From assembly GCA_002254285.1 (NCBI GenBank), contig NIUZ01000039.1:1-35962 (forward strand): a stretch of DNA of 35,962 nucleotides. The letters run 5' to 3'. This document shows positions 1 through 9,616 of this stretch, in pieces. The position numbers were made by a program, and so were the translations under genes. Origin of the DNA: Bacteroidetes bacterium 4572_112 (GTDB lineage Bacteria > Bacteroidota > Bacteroidia > Bacteroidales > UBA1556). Every line of letters begins with the position of its first letter. The stretch's first letter is position 1. The notes under the pieces were generated by a model. The model had not been told where the DNA came from. It did no database searches and saw only the letters and a program-made list of their open reading frames with translations.

Positions 1-51
1 AGCCTTACAGAGATGGATGTATATTGGGAAGAAGCTAAAAAGTTTGATTAA
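1..51 (+). CDS. mazG: 3' end of probable nucleoside triphosphate pyrophosphohydrolase MazG (partial)
   Basis: Frame 1 reads SLTEMDVYWEEAKKFD*, matching the typical MazG C-terminal 'L.EMD..W.EAK' motif; only 16 codons are visible. Confidence 0.7.
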   Translation, partial: SLTEMDVYWEEAKKFD

Positions 52-113
52 CTGCAACACTTTTTTTTATTTTAAACTATCTTCGCTTAAATTAACTAAT
101 ATAAATACTTGAA

Positions 114-932
114 ATGCGCATATCTTTACTACTCCTTTCTTTTCTTATTATCGTTAATGGATTCTCTCAAAGTGCTTCATCAGATAGTATTGAGAGCTGT
201 AAGGTTAATGGCAAATATTTTAAAGAGATTGCTACAGATTTCCCCAAATTAATTATCAGCCCCATAAAGTGGAGTGGGGGAGAATGGATTGCTGCTGGAG
301 CAGTGCTAGGAGCAGGCGCATTATTATATACTCAGGACAAAGTCATTGCCGAGTGGTGGCAAAGCAATAGAACAGATGCTTTGGATGATGCTAATACATA
401 TTTCTTTGATCCTTACGGAAAGATGTATTATACCGCCCCTTTGATGGGAGGCTTATATCTTTATGGTGTATATGCCGACGATAATAAGAGCAAAAGAGTG
501 GCTATGGATTTTGTGCAGGCAACTATTTATTCCTCTGTGGTGGTAACTGTGATTAAACATCTAGCTCATCGCCAGCGACCATATCAAACCGACCCACTAA
601 ACCCTTACTTATGGGATGGCCTATCTACCGATGATTGGGGTCATACAAGTTTTCCTTCGGGGCATTCAATTACTGCTTTTACATTTGCTGCTGTGGTTGG
701 AACTCATTATAAAGAAACAGTATGGGTGCCAGTAGTAGCTTATAGCTTAGCTGTACTGGAAGGTGCTTCGCGAATGTATGCCAACAAACATTGGAGCTCC
801 GATGTGCTTATTGGTAGCGCACTTGGTTATGCCATTGGTACTTTTGTTGTAAACCAAAATCATTGCAAACTTAAAGCTATGCCTATTATTAGTACTAATT
901 TTACTGGTATTGGGTTTTCTTATGGATTGTAA
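114..932 (+). CDS. PAP2-family phosphatase with signal peptide
   Basis: PAP2 motifs K-x6-RP (KHLAHRQRP), SFPSGH and SR-x5-HWSSD; hydrophobic N-terminus. Confidence 0.9.
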   Translation: MRISLLLLSFLIIVNGFSQSASSDSIESCKVNGKYFKEIATDFPKLIISPIKWSGGEWIAAGAVLGAGALLYTQDKVIAEWWQSNRTDALDDANTYFFDPYGKMYYTAPLMGGLYLYGVYADDNKSKRVAMDFVQATIYSSVVVTVIKHLAHRQRPYQTDPLNPYLWDGLSTDDWGHTSFPSGHSITAFTFAAVVGTHYKETVWVPVVAYSLAVLEGASRMYANKHWSSDVLIGSALGYAIGTFVVNQNHCKLKAMPIISTNFTGIGFSYGL

Positions 933-1018
933 TTGGTGAGCTGTAATTGGTGGAGAGTATTAAATTCCAAATACCATCTAAACTAATATAAATTGTTGGC
1001 TAGTGTCTGCACATTATA

Positions 1019-1101
1019 AGTGAGCTTATGACTCAAAGTTATCAGCTCACTCTGCCTTGAGCGTGGAATTAGACTCGGCGTGTTTTGGAAACACACCGAG
1101 T
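1019..1101. repeat. 83-bp REP-like double-hairpin element, copy 1
   Basis: 74/83 identical to 5064-5146. Contains GTGAGC..GCTCAC and ACTCGGCGTGTTT-TGG-AAACACACCGAGT hairpins. Confidence 0.9.
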
Positions 1102-1509
1102 CTTTCAACGTTGAACAGTCATTCCTGGCCGTTTGAGGTTATACTTTTAACCCCTAACGGTTTTTATAAATAATATATTGAATTTTGTTTGTAGTTTAAA
1201 TAATATTAGTTACATTTGCAGTACTAAATCACAAATGTAAAAAATGTAAAATGCTAACTACAAGCCTACAAGCCATAGACTATTATTATGTGATGCCCTT
1301 AACGATTCTATTTTTAGAGAAAACAGAATATACACAAAAAGAATACCCAATTATTATATAAAAGGAAAAGGATTTACGTAAATTACAAGCTCCCTCAGTA
1401 GAATAATAAAAATTTAAAGATTTATTTTTTCATATACATATAATGAGGGTAGTATGATTAAATAAGCAAAAAAACAATGTAATTTACTATTTATATAAAA
1501 ATTGAAATA

Positions 1510-2803
1510 ATGGAAAAAATATTTTATTTACTATTAATTGCTATAATAACCACTATTAATGCGAATGCACAAACTAATATTGACAATTCCTACTTCAGTG
1601 CAAATCTACCAACATATCATTGGGATATCGGTGGTAGTCCATATCTTATTGAGGATAAAATTATAGTTCCTTTTGGCTCAAACCTTATTATTGAACGAGG
1701 AGTAGAAGTATTGTTTCAGGGACACTATTTTATTGACATAAAAGGCTAAATAAATGCAATTGGAACTACCTGATGATAGGATAATTTTTACGTCAATAGA
1801 TGGGCCATGGAATGGTATTCGATTCGATTTTTCGGATGGCGTACCTCCTACTCCTTCAAACTTACATTATTGTGATATATCTAATTCAAAAAAATATGGA
1901 ACAAATTGTGGTTCACCTGATCCTGAAAGTTCAGGCGGGGCAATTTATATAAGATCTTTTTCAGACCTTGAAATTAGAGAATGCGATATATTTGAGAATG
2001 TAGCCATGGGACATGGTGGAGCAATAGCCGTTTTTGACAACAGTAATCCATTAATTGAAAAAAATGCAATACATATTAATTATGCAGGGCATAAAGGTGG
2101 TGGATTGAGTATTATTAATGCAAGTAGCCCAAGTATTAAAGGTAATAGGTTATACGAAAACGAAAGTGATAAAGGGGGAGGAGCGATTTTTGTTGGAACA
2201 GTTGGTGGTAGTTCATGTAGTCCTAATATTATAGGGAATGTCATTTCAAAAAACTCAACAAATGGTGTAAATAATACGCATGGAGAAGGTGGCGCTATAT
2301 TTATATGTAACTCTAAATCAAAATTGATAGATAATACTATAGATAATAATAACCCCAACCCAATTCCAGGTTTTATTTCTTCAACAGATTATCATTTATC
2401 ATCAGCCTCACCTTGTATAAATGTGGGTTTTAATTCTGTACCTATGACTACAATAGACTTAGATGGTTTTCAAAGAATAATGAATGGAACAACCGACTAT
2501 GGTTGTTACGAATTTGGCTCTACTCCTCCGGCACGACGAAGTGACCCTAATTCTTTAGTTGCCAATGATGATATTACCATATATCCTAACCCTGCTACCG
2601 ACTTTTTAATTATAAATACAGCCTCTGAGCAAAATGTTGATATTTCTATTTATTCCATGTCTGGTCAAAGGGTTTATTTGTCAGAAAGTTGTTTAATTAG
2701 TGGCGAAAAAATAATTTCTATTTCAGATATTAAACAGGGTGTTTATATTATTAAATTGCAAACTCAAAATACTAGCATAAATAAAAGAATTATTATTCAA
2801 TAA
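1510..2803 (+). pseudogene. Disrupted T9SS type A sorting-domain protein with right-handed beta-helix repeats (ORFs 1510-1749 and 1754-2803 are one gene)
   Basis: Reading through TAA 1747-1749 gives IKG*INAIGT, and a +1 shift near 1768 gives PDDRIIFTS...WNGIRF, the usual continuous motif. The gene has a signal peptide, GGAI beta-helix repeats, DYHL..SPCIN.G and an IYPNPA...KRIIIQ CTD. Confidence 0.8.
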
Positions 2804-2824
2804 ATACTAATAATATGAAGCATG

Positions 2825-2850
2825 CACAATTGAATAATTATTCAATTGTG
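2825..2850. other. Perfect 26-bp palindrome between the two T9SS-cargo genes
   Basis: CACAATTGAATAATTATTCAATTGTG is its own reverse complement; no U-tract follows. Confidence 0.7.
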
Positions 2851-2891
2851 GAGAGCTTTATATATAGAGTATTAATAAAAACATAAACATT

Positions 2892-4979
2892 ATGAAAAAC
2901 ATAATTTTAGTTATAATATCCTTAATATATTTTAATGTCCTATATGCTCAAGTCCCAAGTTTTGAATGGATGAAGAGTAATGAGGGCTATCAAGGTAGTG
3001 TGGACCTTAGTAGTATGGAAATTGCTTCAGGAGGTAATATTTATTCTATAGGAAGTTTTAATGGTACGGTTGATTTTAATCCCAATCCAGCAGTTTTTTA
3101 TAATTTGACTTCAACTCCATATATGAATTCTTACTATATACAAAAGTTGGCCCCAAATGGTAATCTGGTTTGGGTAAAAACCATAGATATTACTATGGGA
3201 AGTCTTCGTTCTATAAAAATTGATGATAATGATAATTTGATTATTAGTGGAGGATTTAAGGATTCCGTTGATGTTGACCCTAGTACTGCTGTTAGTATGC
3301 TATACTCAAATGGTGATTATGATGTTTTTATATTGAAGCTAACTGCCAATGGTGATTTCCTTTGGGCAAAGTCTTTAGGAGGAATTGCAGATGACGTAAT
3401 TCAAGATATTACTATTGATTTGCAAGGCAATATATATTCCCATGGTTCTTTTAAAGATACTGTAGATTTTGACCCGGGACCGGGTGTATGTATTCATGGT
3501 ACAAATTATGCACCACCCCCTAGTCCACATCCACTTCGCAATCCATTTATTCAAAAGCTCGACAAAGATGGCAATTTTGTATGGGCCAAAACTTTTGTAT
3601 GTGGAGAGGGAAGTTCATCCATGGGTTATACAATAGATACAGACTCTGATGATAATGTATATTGTGCAGGTTATTATTTTGGTACTAATATAGATTTTGA
3701 CCCGGGTATTGGAGTAATTAACCCACCAGCCAATAATAGCAGTATGTATTTTGTAAAGCTCGATAGTATGGGAAGCTTTGTATGGACTAGGTTTTCTTCT
3801 AATACTGCTCCACTTGGCTATGGGGGTTATGCTAGCCCAAATGCAATGAAAGTAGATAGATTTAATAATATCTTTATTACAGGATATTCAGCCTTAAGTA
3901 TTGATTTTGACCCAGGACCTGATACTTTATTGCTTAATTCAAACACTTTTATACAAAAGTATAATGAAAATGGAGATTTCCTTTGGGCAAAAGCCTATGG
4001 TTATGGTGATGATCCATTGAGTATTACAACTGATACCTTTGGTAATGTATATTCTGCTGGTCGTTTTATAGATTCCACATACTTAGACCCTGTGTCAGAT
4101 ACCCTTGTTTTTCATAATAATGGAGTTGATGGTGCGTACATACAAAAGTTAAATACCAATGGAGAGCTTTTATGGGCAGGAATATTGCAAGGTAGTTGGG
4201 GATACTCTATAGCATTTGATATATTTGTGGATAATGCTGAAAATGTATTTTTAGCAGGAGTGTATGCAGGAACGGTTGATTTTGACCCAGGAGTAGGGGT
4301 TCAAAATAAAATAGCAGTAAGTTTAAATTATGGCGACTCCTACATCTTAAAACTAAGCCAATGCAAAATCCTCAGTACTGATTATGTAACAGCCTGCGAT
4401 AGCCTCACCTGGCTCGATGGAGTTACCTATTATGAATCGGGTTCAACGGCATATTTTACCATGCCAAGCTCCACAGGTTGCGATTCGGTAATTTGTCTTT
4501 CGCTTAATATTCCTAGCATTGATAATAGCATAAGCATTGGTGACTATGGCGGTAGTTTTACTGCCAATCAGAGCAACGCTAGCTACCAGTGGCTCGATTG
4601 TAATAATTCATTATCAGCCCTTGCTGGCGATACTTTGCAAACTTATATTCCAACGCTAAATGGCGATTATGCAGTGGAGCTTAATGTAGATGGTTGTATT
4701 GATACTACGGCCTGTGTGCATATTGGCAATGTAAGCATCGATGAGCTTTGGGGCAATAGCATTATGCTCTACCCAAATCCTAACTCTGGCGAATTTATGC
4801 TCGACCTAGGCAATATAGAAGCCACAGAAGTAAAAATACTAAACACAATGGGGCAAGTGATTTTTGTAGCACAAAACCCCAAAGACCAATATTATAATAC
4901 CGACTTGCAATCAGGAATTTATTTCATGGAAATTCGTAATAATAATGGTAGTGCAACTATTAAGTTTGTGGTGAATTAA
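2892..4979 (+). CDS. T9SS type A sorting-domain protein with SBBP-like beta-propeller repeats
   Basis: Signal peptide; repeated 'GNIYS.G.F..TVDFDPG' and 'IQKL..NG..lWAK' units; ACDSLTWLDG/GCDSV module; LYPNPNSG...IKFVVN CTD. Confidence 0.88.
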   Translation: MKNIILVIISLIYFNVLYAQVPSFEWMKSNEGYQGSVDLSSMEIASGGNIYSIGSFNGTVDFNPNPAVFYNLTSTPYMNSYYIQKLAPNGNLVWVKTIDITMGSLRSIKIDDNDNLIISGGFKDSVDVDPSTAVSMLYSNGDYDVFILKLTANGDFLWAKSLGGIADDVIQDITIDLQGNIYSHGSFKDTVDFDPGPGVCIHGTNYAPPPSPHPLRNPFIQKLDKDGNFVWAKTFVCGEGSSSMGYTIDTDSDDNVYCAGYYFGTNIDFDPGIGVINPPANNSSMYFVKLDSMGSFVWTRFSSNTAPLGYGGYASPNAMKVDRFNNIFITGYSALSIDFDPGPDTLLLNSNTFIQKYNENGDFLWAKAYGYGDDPLSITTDTFGNVYSAGRFIDSTYLDPVSDTLVFHNNGVDGAYIQKLNTNGELLWAGILQGSWGYSIAFDIFVDNAENVFLAGVYAGTVDFDPGVGVQNKIAVSLNYGDSYILKLSQCKILSTDYVTACDSLTWLDGVTYYESGSTAYFTMPSSTGCDSVICLSLNIPSIDNSISIGDYGGSFTANQSNASYQWLDCNNSLSALAGDTLQTYIPTLNGDYAVELNVDGCIDTTACVHIGNVSIDELWGNSIMLYPNPNSGEFMLDLGNIEATEVKILNTMGQVIFVAQNPKDQYYNTDLQSGIYFMEIRNNNGSATIKFVVN

Positions 4980-5011
4980 TAATTGGTCAAATAAGTTTTC
5001 TTAATTGTATA

Positions 5012-5192
5012 AGCGTCAGTGTCGTTCAAAGCGACGCCAACGCTCAGCTCTGCTTTCGGAGCTAGTGAGCAGATGACTCGAAGTCATCAGCTCATTGTGC
5101 CTTGAGCATGAAATCAGACTCGGCGTGTTTTGGAAACACACCGAGTTTATATAACAAATAGCGAAGCCTTCTCTTTGAGCGAAGGCTTCGCT
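5012..5192. repeat. Cluster of five REP-like hairpins, including copy 2 (5064-5146) of the 83-bp element
   Basis: Hairpins at about 5012-5044, 5046-5063, 5066-5094, 5118-5146 and 5160-5192 (AGCGAAGCCTTC..GAAGGCTTCGCT). Confidence 0.85.
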
Positions 5193-5230
5193 TTTAGCTA
5201 TGTATTTACTAATTCTAAAAAAAAACTTCT

Positions 5231-5368
5231 AAAAAAAAAGATACCGACTGTTCCCAGCCGGTATATCCCCTAACAAAATGAAAAAATTATTTACCAATAT
5301 GTCTCCACACATTGGAACGAGACAACCCGGGAGGGTTATGTCACGCTACTCTATTTGTTTACTAAATC
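5231..5368 (-). ncRNA. Candidate intergenic small RNA (~135 nt)
   Basis: TACTTTTG -7 promoter at 5374-5381 (minus strand), two internal stem-loops, and terminator ATACCGGCTG-GGAA-CAGTCGGTAT followed by C and a T9 tract. Confidence 0.6.
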
Positions 5369-5467
5369 CGTAGCAAAAGTATTATAAAAATCTTTATAAA
5401 TGACGAAAAAGTGAAAAAAATAACAAATTATTGCTTAAATGTTAAAGTGGTGGTGCAAATAATAGAT

Positions 5468-6244
5468 TTACAGTAATTTAGAGATGATGGCCAATGCTAC
5501 TCCCAGAATAATTGTAATAAGTTTGTAAATATTGAATCTATGAGAAGTGTTTGATTCAAATAAAATAGTGGTAGAAACGTGTAAAAATATACCTACTAGT
5601 ATTGCCATGATTATTTTATAAAGATACTCAATTGGGATGTCAATCACCTTACCGATAATTTCCCCAGTTGCAGCGCCAAGTGGTGCTGCTAATGCAAAAA
5701 TCATTATCAATACATATGATTTTGTTTTTGAAAGACCTGCTGATAAAAATAAACCCATAAGAGCTAATGCGATGGGTACTTTATGAATAATAATTCCTAT
5801 TAATAAAGTATGTTGTGTATGTTCGTGAGTATGAAAATGGTCAGCAAAAGGCATTCCTTCGAAAAAAGCATGTATGCTTATTCCAATTAATAGGGCATAG
5901 GGCGAAATTGCTAATACTTGCTGATGAGCTTTCTCGTGAGCTTCCTCATGAATATGGTGATGGTCGTCGTGATGAGATGTACAATGCCCATGACCATGCT
6001 CCACACCGCCAGATAGGAACTCTATAAATAATTGTATAAAGAAGCCAAGCAGCACAAAATAACCAAGCATTGAATTATACTGCCCATTAAAAATATTTGG
6101 AATAATATGAGTGAAAGACACCGTTAAAAGGTATGCTCCACTGAAGGAAAGAAGTAATTGCAGAGCCTTGTCTTTGATATTGAACTTTACTACTATAAAG
6201 GCACTTATAATTACGCTAAAAAATAATACTATAACACTTAACAT
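5468..6244 (-). CDS. ZIP-family divalent metal transporter
   Basis: HAFFEG and HKVP motifs, His-rich loop, multiple TM segments. ATG at 6244 is preferred because the TTG at 6283 lies upstream of the TACTTTTG promoter at 6273-6280. Confidence 0.92.
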   Translation of the reverse strand: MLSVIVLFFSVIISAFIVVKFNIKDKALQLLLSFSGAYLLTVSFTHIIPNIFNGQYNSMLGYFVLLGFFIQLFIEFLSGGVEHGHGHCTSHHDDHHHIHEEAHEKAHQQVLAISPYALLIGISIHAFFEGMPFADHFHTHEHTQHTLLIGIIIHKVPIALALMGLFLSAGLSKTKSYVLIMIFALAAPLGAATGEIIGKVIDIPIEYLYKIIMAILVGIFLHVSTTILFESNTSHRFNIYKLITIILGVALAIISKLL

Positions 6245-6281
6245 CTCTTCTTTATTTAAACTTATGTATTTACAAAAGTAC

Positions 6282-6315
6282 AAAAAAAAACCACCTCCAA
6301 AAGGAAGTGGTTTTT
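6282..6315 (-). terminator. Intrinsic terminator after korB
   Basis: A-tract + AACCACCTCC-AAAA-GGAAGTGGTT + T-tract. Confidence 0.75.
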
Positions 6316-6337
6316 GTATTATTTATGACTTATTATA

Positions 6338-7351
6338 TTATAATTCGAAAGTGTTTCCGCTATTAATTAAGTCAGTCATGTTTTTGATTTTAGATTTACC
6401 TTGTACATCAGAAATCTGAAGTTCCATTAGGTCGTTGTAAGTATGAGTTTTGTAGGCTCTAATTACACCAACAGCTACTGGTAATTCAGGAAGCGACATT
6501 CTAGCTAAAAGGAAAGCCATAGTGTTGTCTTCAGCTTTTGCATCATGAACAAGAATATCGTCCATAGTGTATCCGTCTTCACCAATTGTTACAGATTTAA
6601 TTTTTAAACCTTCAAGTACAAGACCTTTTTCTTTGTCCTTACCGAAAAGCATTTTCTCGCCATGCTTAATGTAAATTTGATTGTCGGCACGAGTTACTTT
6701 ATCAGTAATCTCTTTGTGAGTATTATTATTAAAAATAACACAGTTTTGAAGAACCTCAACCAAAGAAGCACCTTTATGCTTAGCAGCCTCAATGAAAATC
6801 TCTTTCATTTCCTTAGGGTTAGTATCAACAGCACGAGCGAAGAAAGTTCCTTCAGCTCCCATTGCCAACTCACCTGGTTTGAAAGGGTGTTCAATTGTTC
6901 CAAAAGGAGAAGTTTTAGTCTTCTGTCCTAGTGGAGTAGTTGGAGAATACTGTCCTTTTGTAAGGCCATAAATCTGGTTATTGAAAAGGATATAGTTAAC
7001 ATCAAGGTTACGACGTAGGATATGGATAAAGTGGTTACCACCAATTGCCATACTATCGCCATCACCAGACATAATCCAAACACTAAGTTCAGGATTAGCT
7101 AATTTTACTCCCGAAGCAATTGCTGCAGCACGTCCGTGAATACCATGGAAACCATAAGTGTCAACATAGTAAGGGAAACGTGATGAACAACCAATTCCTG
7201 AAACAAAAACTAGGTTTTCTTTCTTTACGCCAATCTCTGGCAATGTATTCTGAATAGATGCTAGTATAGAGAAATCTCCACATCCAGCACACCATTTTAC
7301 TTCTTGATCAGATACGAAATCTTTTCTTGTATATTGTTTAATCTCAGTCAT
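6338..7351 (-). CDS. korB: 2-oxoacid:ferredoxin oxidoreductase beta subunit
   Basis: WCAGCG, SGIGCSSR, HGR, GDGD TPP-binding and YGLTKGQYSPT motifs. Confidence 0.95.
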   Translation of the reverse strand: MTEIKQYTRKDFVSDQEVKWCAGCGDFSILASIQNTLPEIGVKKENLVFVSGIGCSSRFPYYVDTYGFHGIHGRAAAIASGVKLANPELSVWIMSGDGDSMAIGGNHFIHILRRNLDVNYILFNNQIYGLTKGQYSPTTPLGQKTKTSPFGTIEHPFKPGELAMGAEGTFFARAVDTNPKEMKEIFIEAAKHKGASLVEVLQNCVIFNNNTHKEITDKVTRADNQIYIKHGEKMLFGKDKEKGLVLEGLKIKSVTIGEDGYTMDDILVHDAKAEDNTMAFLLARMSLPELPVAVGVIRAYKTHTYNDLMELQISDVQGKSKIKNMTDLINSGNTFEL

Positions 7352-9195
7352 TATTTAGCCTCCAAAATTTCGTTAAACTTGTCTTTTAATTCTGAAACCA
7401 TAAATGGTTGTGCTTCTATTTTATTGTACTTCTCATAATCAAATTCAGGAAGAGAATAACGTAAGTGATTAGCAAACTGTCCAGAGTTTAGTTCACATAC
7501 AAGAATTCTTTTGTATTTCTTGAAAATATCAGCAGTATCATTTGGTAGAGGGAATATGTAGTTGAAATTAGTAAAACCAATCTTAGCATCACTATTCTCT
7601 TTAACTTCGCTAAATGCGTCATAAAGCACACCATGCGAGCTACCCCAACCTACAATTAGTAAGTCACCTTCTTGATCGCCATATACATGCTGTGCAGGAT
7701 ATGAGTCAGCAATTTTGTCAATCTTAGCAGCACGAAGAGTAGTCATAAGAGCGTGGTTTTCTGGATCGTGAGATACAGAACCTTTGCCATCTAATTTCTC
7801 AAGACCACCAACACGGTGCTCATTACCTTCAGTACCTGGCCATGCCCATGTACGAACGAAATTCTCGTCGCGCTCAAATGGTAAATAGTCAGCATTTGCT
7901 TTTGCTATTTTAGGAGTAATTGATGGCATATCGTCCATATTAGGAATCTTCCATAATCCTGAACCATTACCTAGGTAACTGTCAGTATGAAGGATAACAG
8001 GAGTCATATGCTCAACAGCCATCTTAGTAGCAGCATAAGCATAATCAAAACAGTCAGCAGGACTAGAAGCAGCAATTACAGGAATTGGAGCTTCACCATT
8101 ACGACCCCAAAGAGATTGTAAAAGGTCAGTTTGCTCAGTTTTTGTTGGAAGACCAGTAGAAGGTCCACCACGCATTACATTCACAATCACAAGTGGAAGC
8201 TCAGTAATACAAGCAAGACCAAGAGCCTCACTCTTTAGACTTAAACCTGGACCCGAAGTAGTGGTAACAGCAAGGTTACCAGCATATGCAGCTCCTATTG
8301 CAGAGTTAATACCAGCAATTTCGTCTTCAGCTTGGAAAGTCTTTATATTTAAAGATTTATGCTTCGATAATTCAGCAAGAATTTCGGTAGCAGGAGTAAT
8401 AGGGTATGAACCTAAGAAAAAGTTCAAGCCTGATTTCTCAGCAGCAGCCATTAAACCCCATGCAGTAGCAGTATTTCCCATAATGTTACGGTACTTACCA
8501 CTTTTGTTCTCATTAGGAAGAACGATATATGTTGTTGATAATACTTCAATAGTATCAGCAAAATTATACCCAGCTCTTAAAATCTTAATGTTTGCATCTG
8601 CAATAGATGGCTTTTTAGCGAACTTAGAAGTGATAAAGTCTTCGCTAAGTTTAATATCTCTATTAAACATGTATGCAAGTAAACCTGTTATAAACTGATT
8701 TCTTGTTTTGTCAATAGTCTTTGAATCAAGACCTGTTTCTTTCAAAGTTAATCTACACTGAGTAGTAACAGGAGCTTCAACCACAATAAAGCCATCTAGT
8801 GAACCATCCTCAAGACGGTTAGTAGTAAGTTTAGCTTTTTTGAAAGCCTTTGCATTAAAACTGTCAGAGTCAAGAACGATTGTTCCGCCAGGTTTAACAT
8901 GCTTAAGGTTGTACTCCAGTGCAGCAGGGTTAAGTGCTACTAACACGTCAGCCATATCACCAGAGGTATTGATGTCTGCATGTCCAATATGAACTTGAAA
9001 ACCAGAAACTCCAGCTATTGTTCCTTGCGGAGCGCGAATTTCTGATGGGAAATCAGGGAAAGTTGCTAGGTCGTTTCCTAAAATAGCTGCTACATCAGAG
9101 AACTGAGTTCCTGATAATTGCATGCCATCTCCAGAGTCACCTGCAAACTTTATAACTATCCTTTCGACTTCGATTTTTTTGTTATTAGTCGCCAT
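7351..9195 (-). CDS. korA: 2-oxoacid:ferredoxin oxidoreductase alpha subunit (gamma-alpha fused type)
   Basis: AGDSGDGMQ, YPITPA, QAEDEIA, TTTSGPG and RGGPSTGLPT motifs; ATG at 9195 (MATNNKK); overlaps the korB start. Confidence 0.95.
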   Translation of the reverse strand: MATNNKKIEVERIVIKFAGDSGDGMQLSGTQFSDVAAILGNDLATFPDFPSEIRAPQGTIAGVSGFQVHIGHADINTSGDMADVLVALNPAALEYNLKHVKPGGTIVLDSDSFNAKAFKKAKLTTNRLEDGSLDGFIVVEAPVTTQCRLTLKETGLDSKTIDKTRNQFITGLLAYMFNRDIKLSEDFITSKFAKKPSIADANIKILRAGYNFADTIEVLSTTYIVLPNENKSGKYRNIMGNTATAWGLMAAAEKSGLNFFLGSYPITPATEILAELSKHKSLNIKTFQAEDEIAGINSAIGAAYAGNLAVTTTSGPGLSLKSEALGLACITELPLVIVNVMRGGPSTGLPTKTEQTDLLQSLWGRNGEAPIPVIAASSPADCFDYAYAATKMAVEHMTPVILHTDSYLGNGSGLWKIPNMDDMPSITPKIAKANADYLPFERDENFVRTWAWPGTEGNEHRVGGLEKLDGKGSVSHDPENHALMTTLRAAKIDKIADSYPAQHVYGDQEGDLLIVGWGSSHGVLYDAFSEVKENSDAKIGFTNFNYIFPLPNDTADIFKKYKRILVCELNSGQFANHLRYSLPEFDYEKYNKIEAQPFMVSELKDKFNEILEAK

Positions 9196-9509
9196 TTTTA
9201 AATTATATATATTTAATTTTATGTGTTTTATTTCCACGACAAATGTAAAAGAATTATCCTATACTTTACTAAGGATTTGATGCGTTTTTTTTGTGATTAA
9301 TGTTTGTATTAAAATATGGAATATGGCAGCTTTTGTAAATTCATGTAAAAAGCTTGATTTTGAACATGTTCAAGGGCGTTATAATAATAACATTTTTGTT
9401 AGTAATTAGTGTAATGCATTGAATGAAAGTATTGTAAGTGTTATGTGTAAAAAAAATAGTTTTAACTTATTGTTAAAATAAAAGTGTGCCAAAAAGTTAA
9501 AACAGCCTT

Positions 9510-9528
9510 ATTTAGAAACGTTATAAAT
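9510..9528. promoter_or_regulatory. Putative Fur-like palindromic operator between korA and the ferredoxin gene
   Basis: ATTTAGAA-ACG-TTATAAAT imperfect inverted repeat upstream of the ferredoxin -7 promoter. Confidence 0.45.
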
Positions 9529-9562
9529 ATTGATAAGGTCTTTGTTAAGTTCAAACATTATA

Positions 9563-9570
9563 TATCTTTG
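9563..9570 (+). promoter_or_regulatory. Bacteroidota sigma-A -7 promoter element for the ferredoxin gene
   Basis: TATCTTTG (TAnnTTTG) with TTTG at 9541-9544 upstream. Confidence 0.65.
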
Positions 9571-9616
9571 CAGCGTTTTAAGAAAATAATATTATTAACA
9601 TAAAAATTATAGCATT

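Noticed and set aside
1233-1275. Short tandem duplications AAATGTAAA x2 and CTACAAGC x2
   Set aside because: Too short to be significant in AT-rich DNA.
1745-1780. Stop-codon recoding or selenocysteine (TAA, TGA TGA)
   Set aside because: The TGAs are out of the homologous frame, a frameshift is also required, and TAA terminates most genes in the window.
5278-5373. 31-aa plus-strand ORF MKKLFTNMSPH...
   Set aside because: No hydrophobic signal core, and the promoter and terminator are oriented on the minus strand; treated as the antisense shadow of the sRNA candidate, though not fully excluded.
5925-6005. His-rich stretch as a novel metal-binding peptide
   Set aside because: Normal cytoplasmic loop of ZIP transporters.
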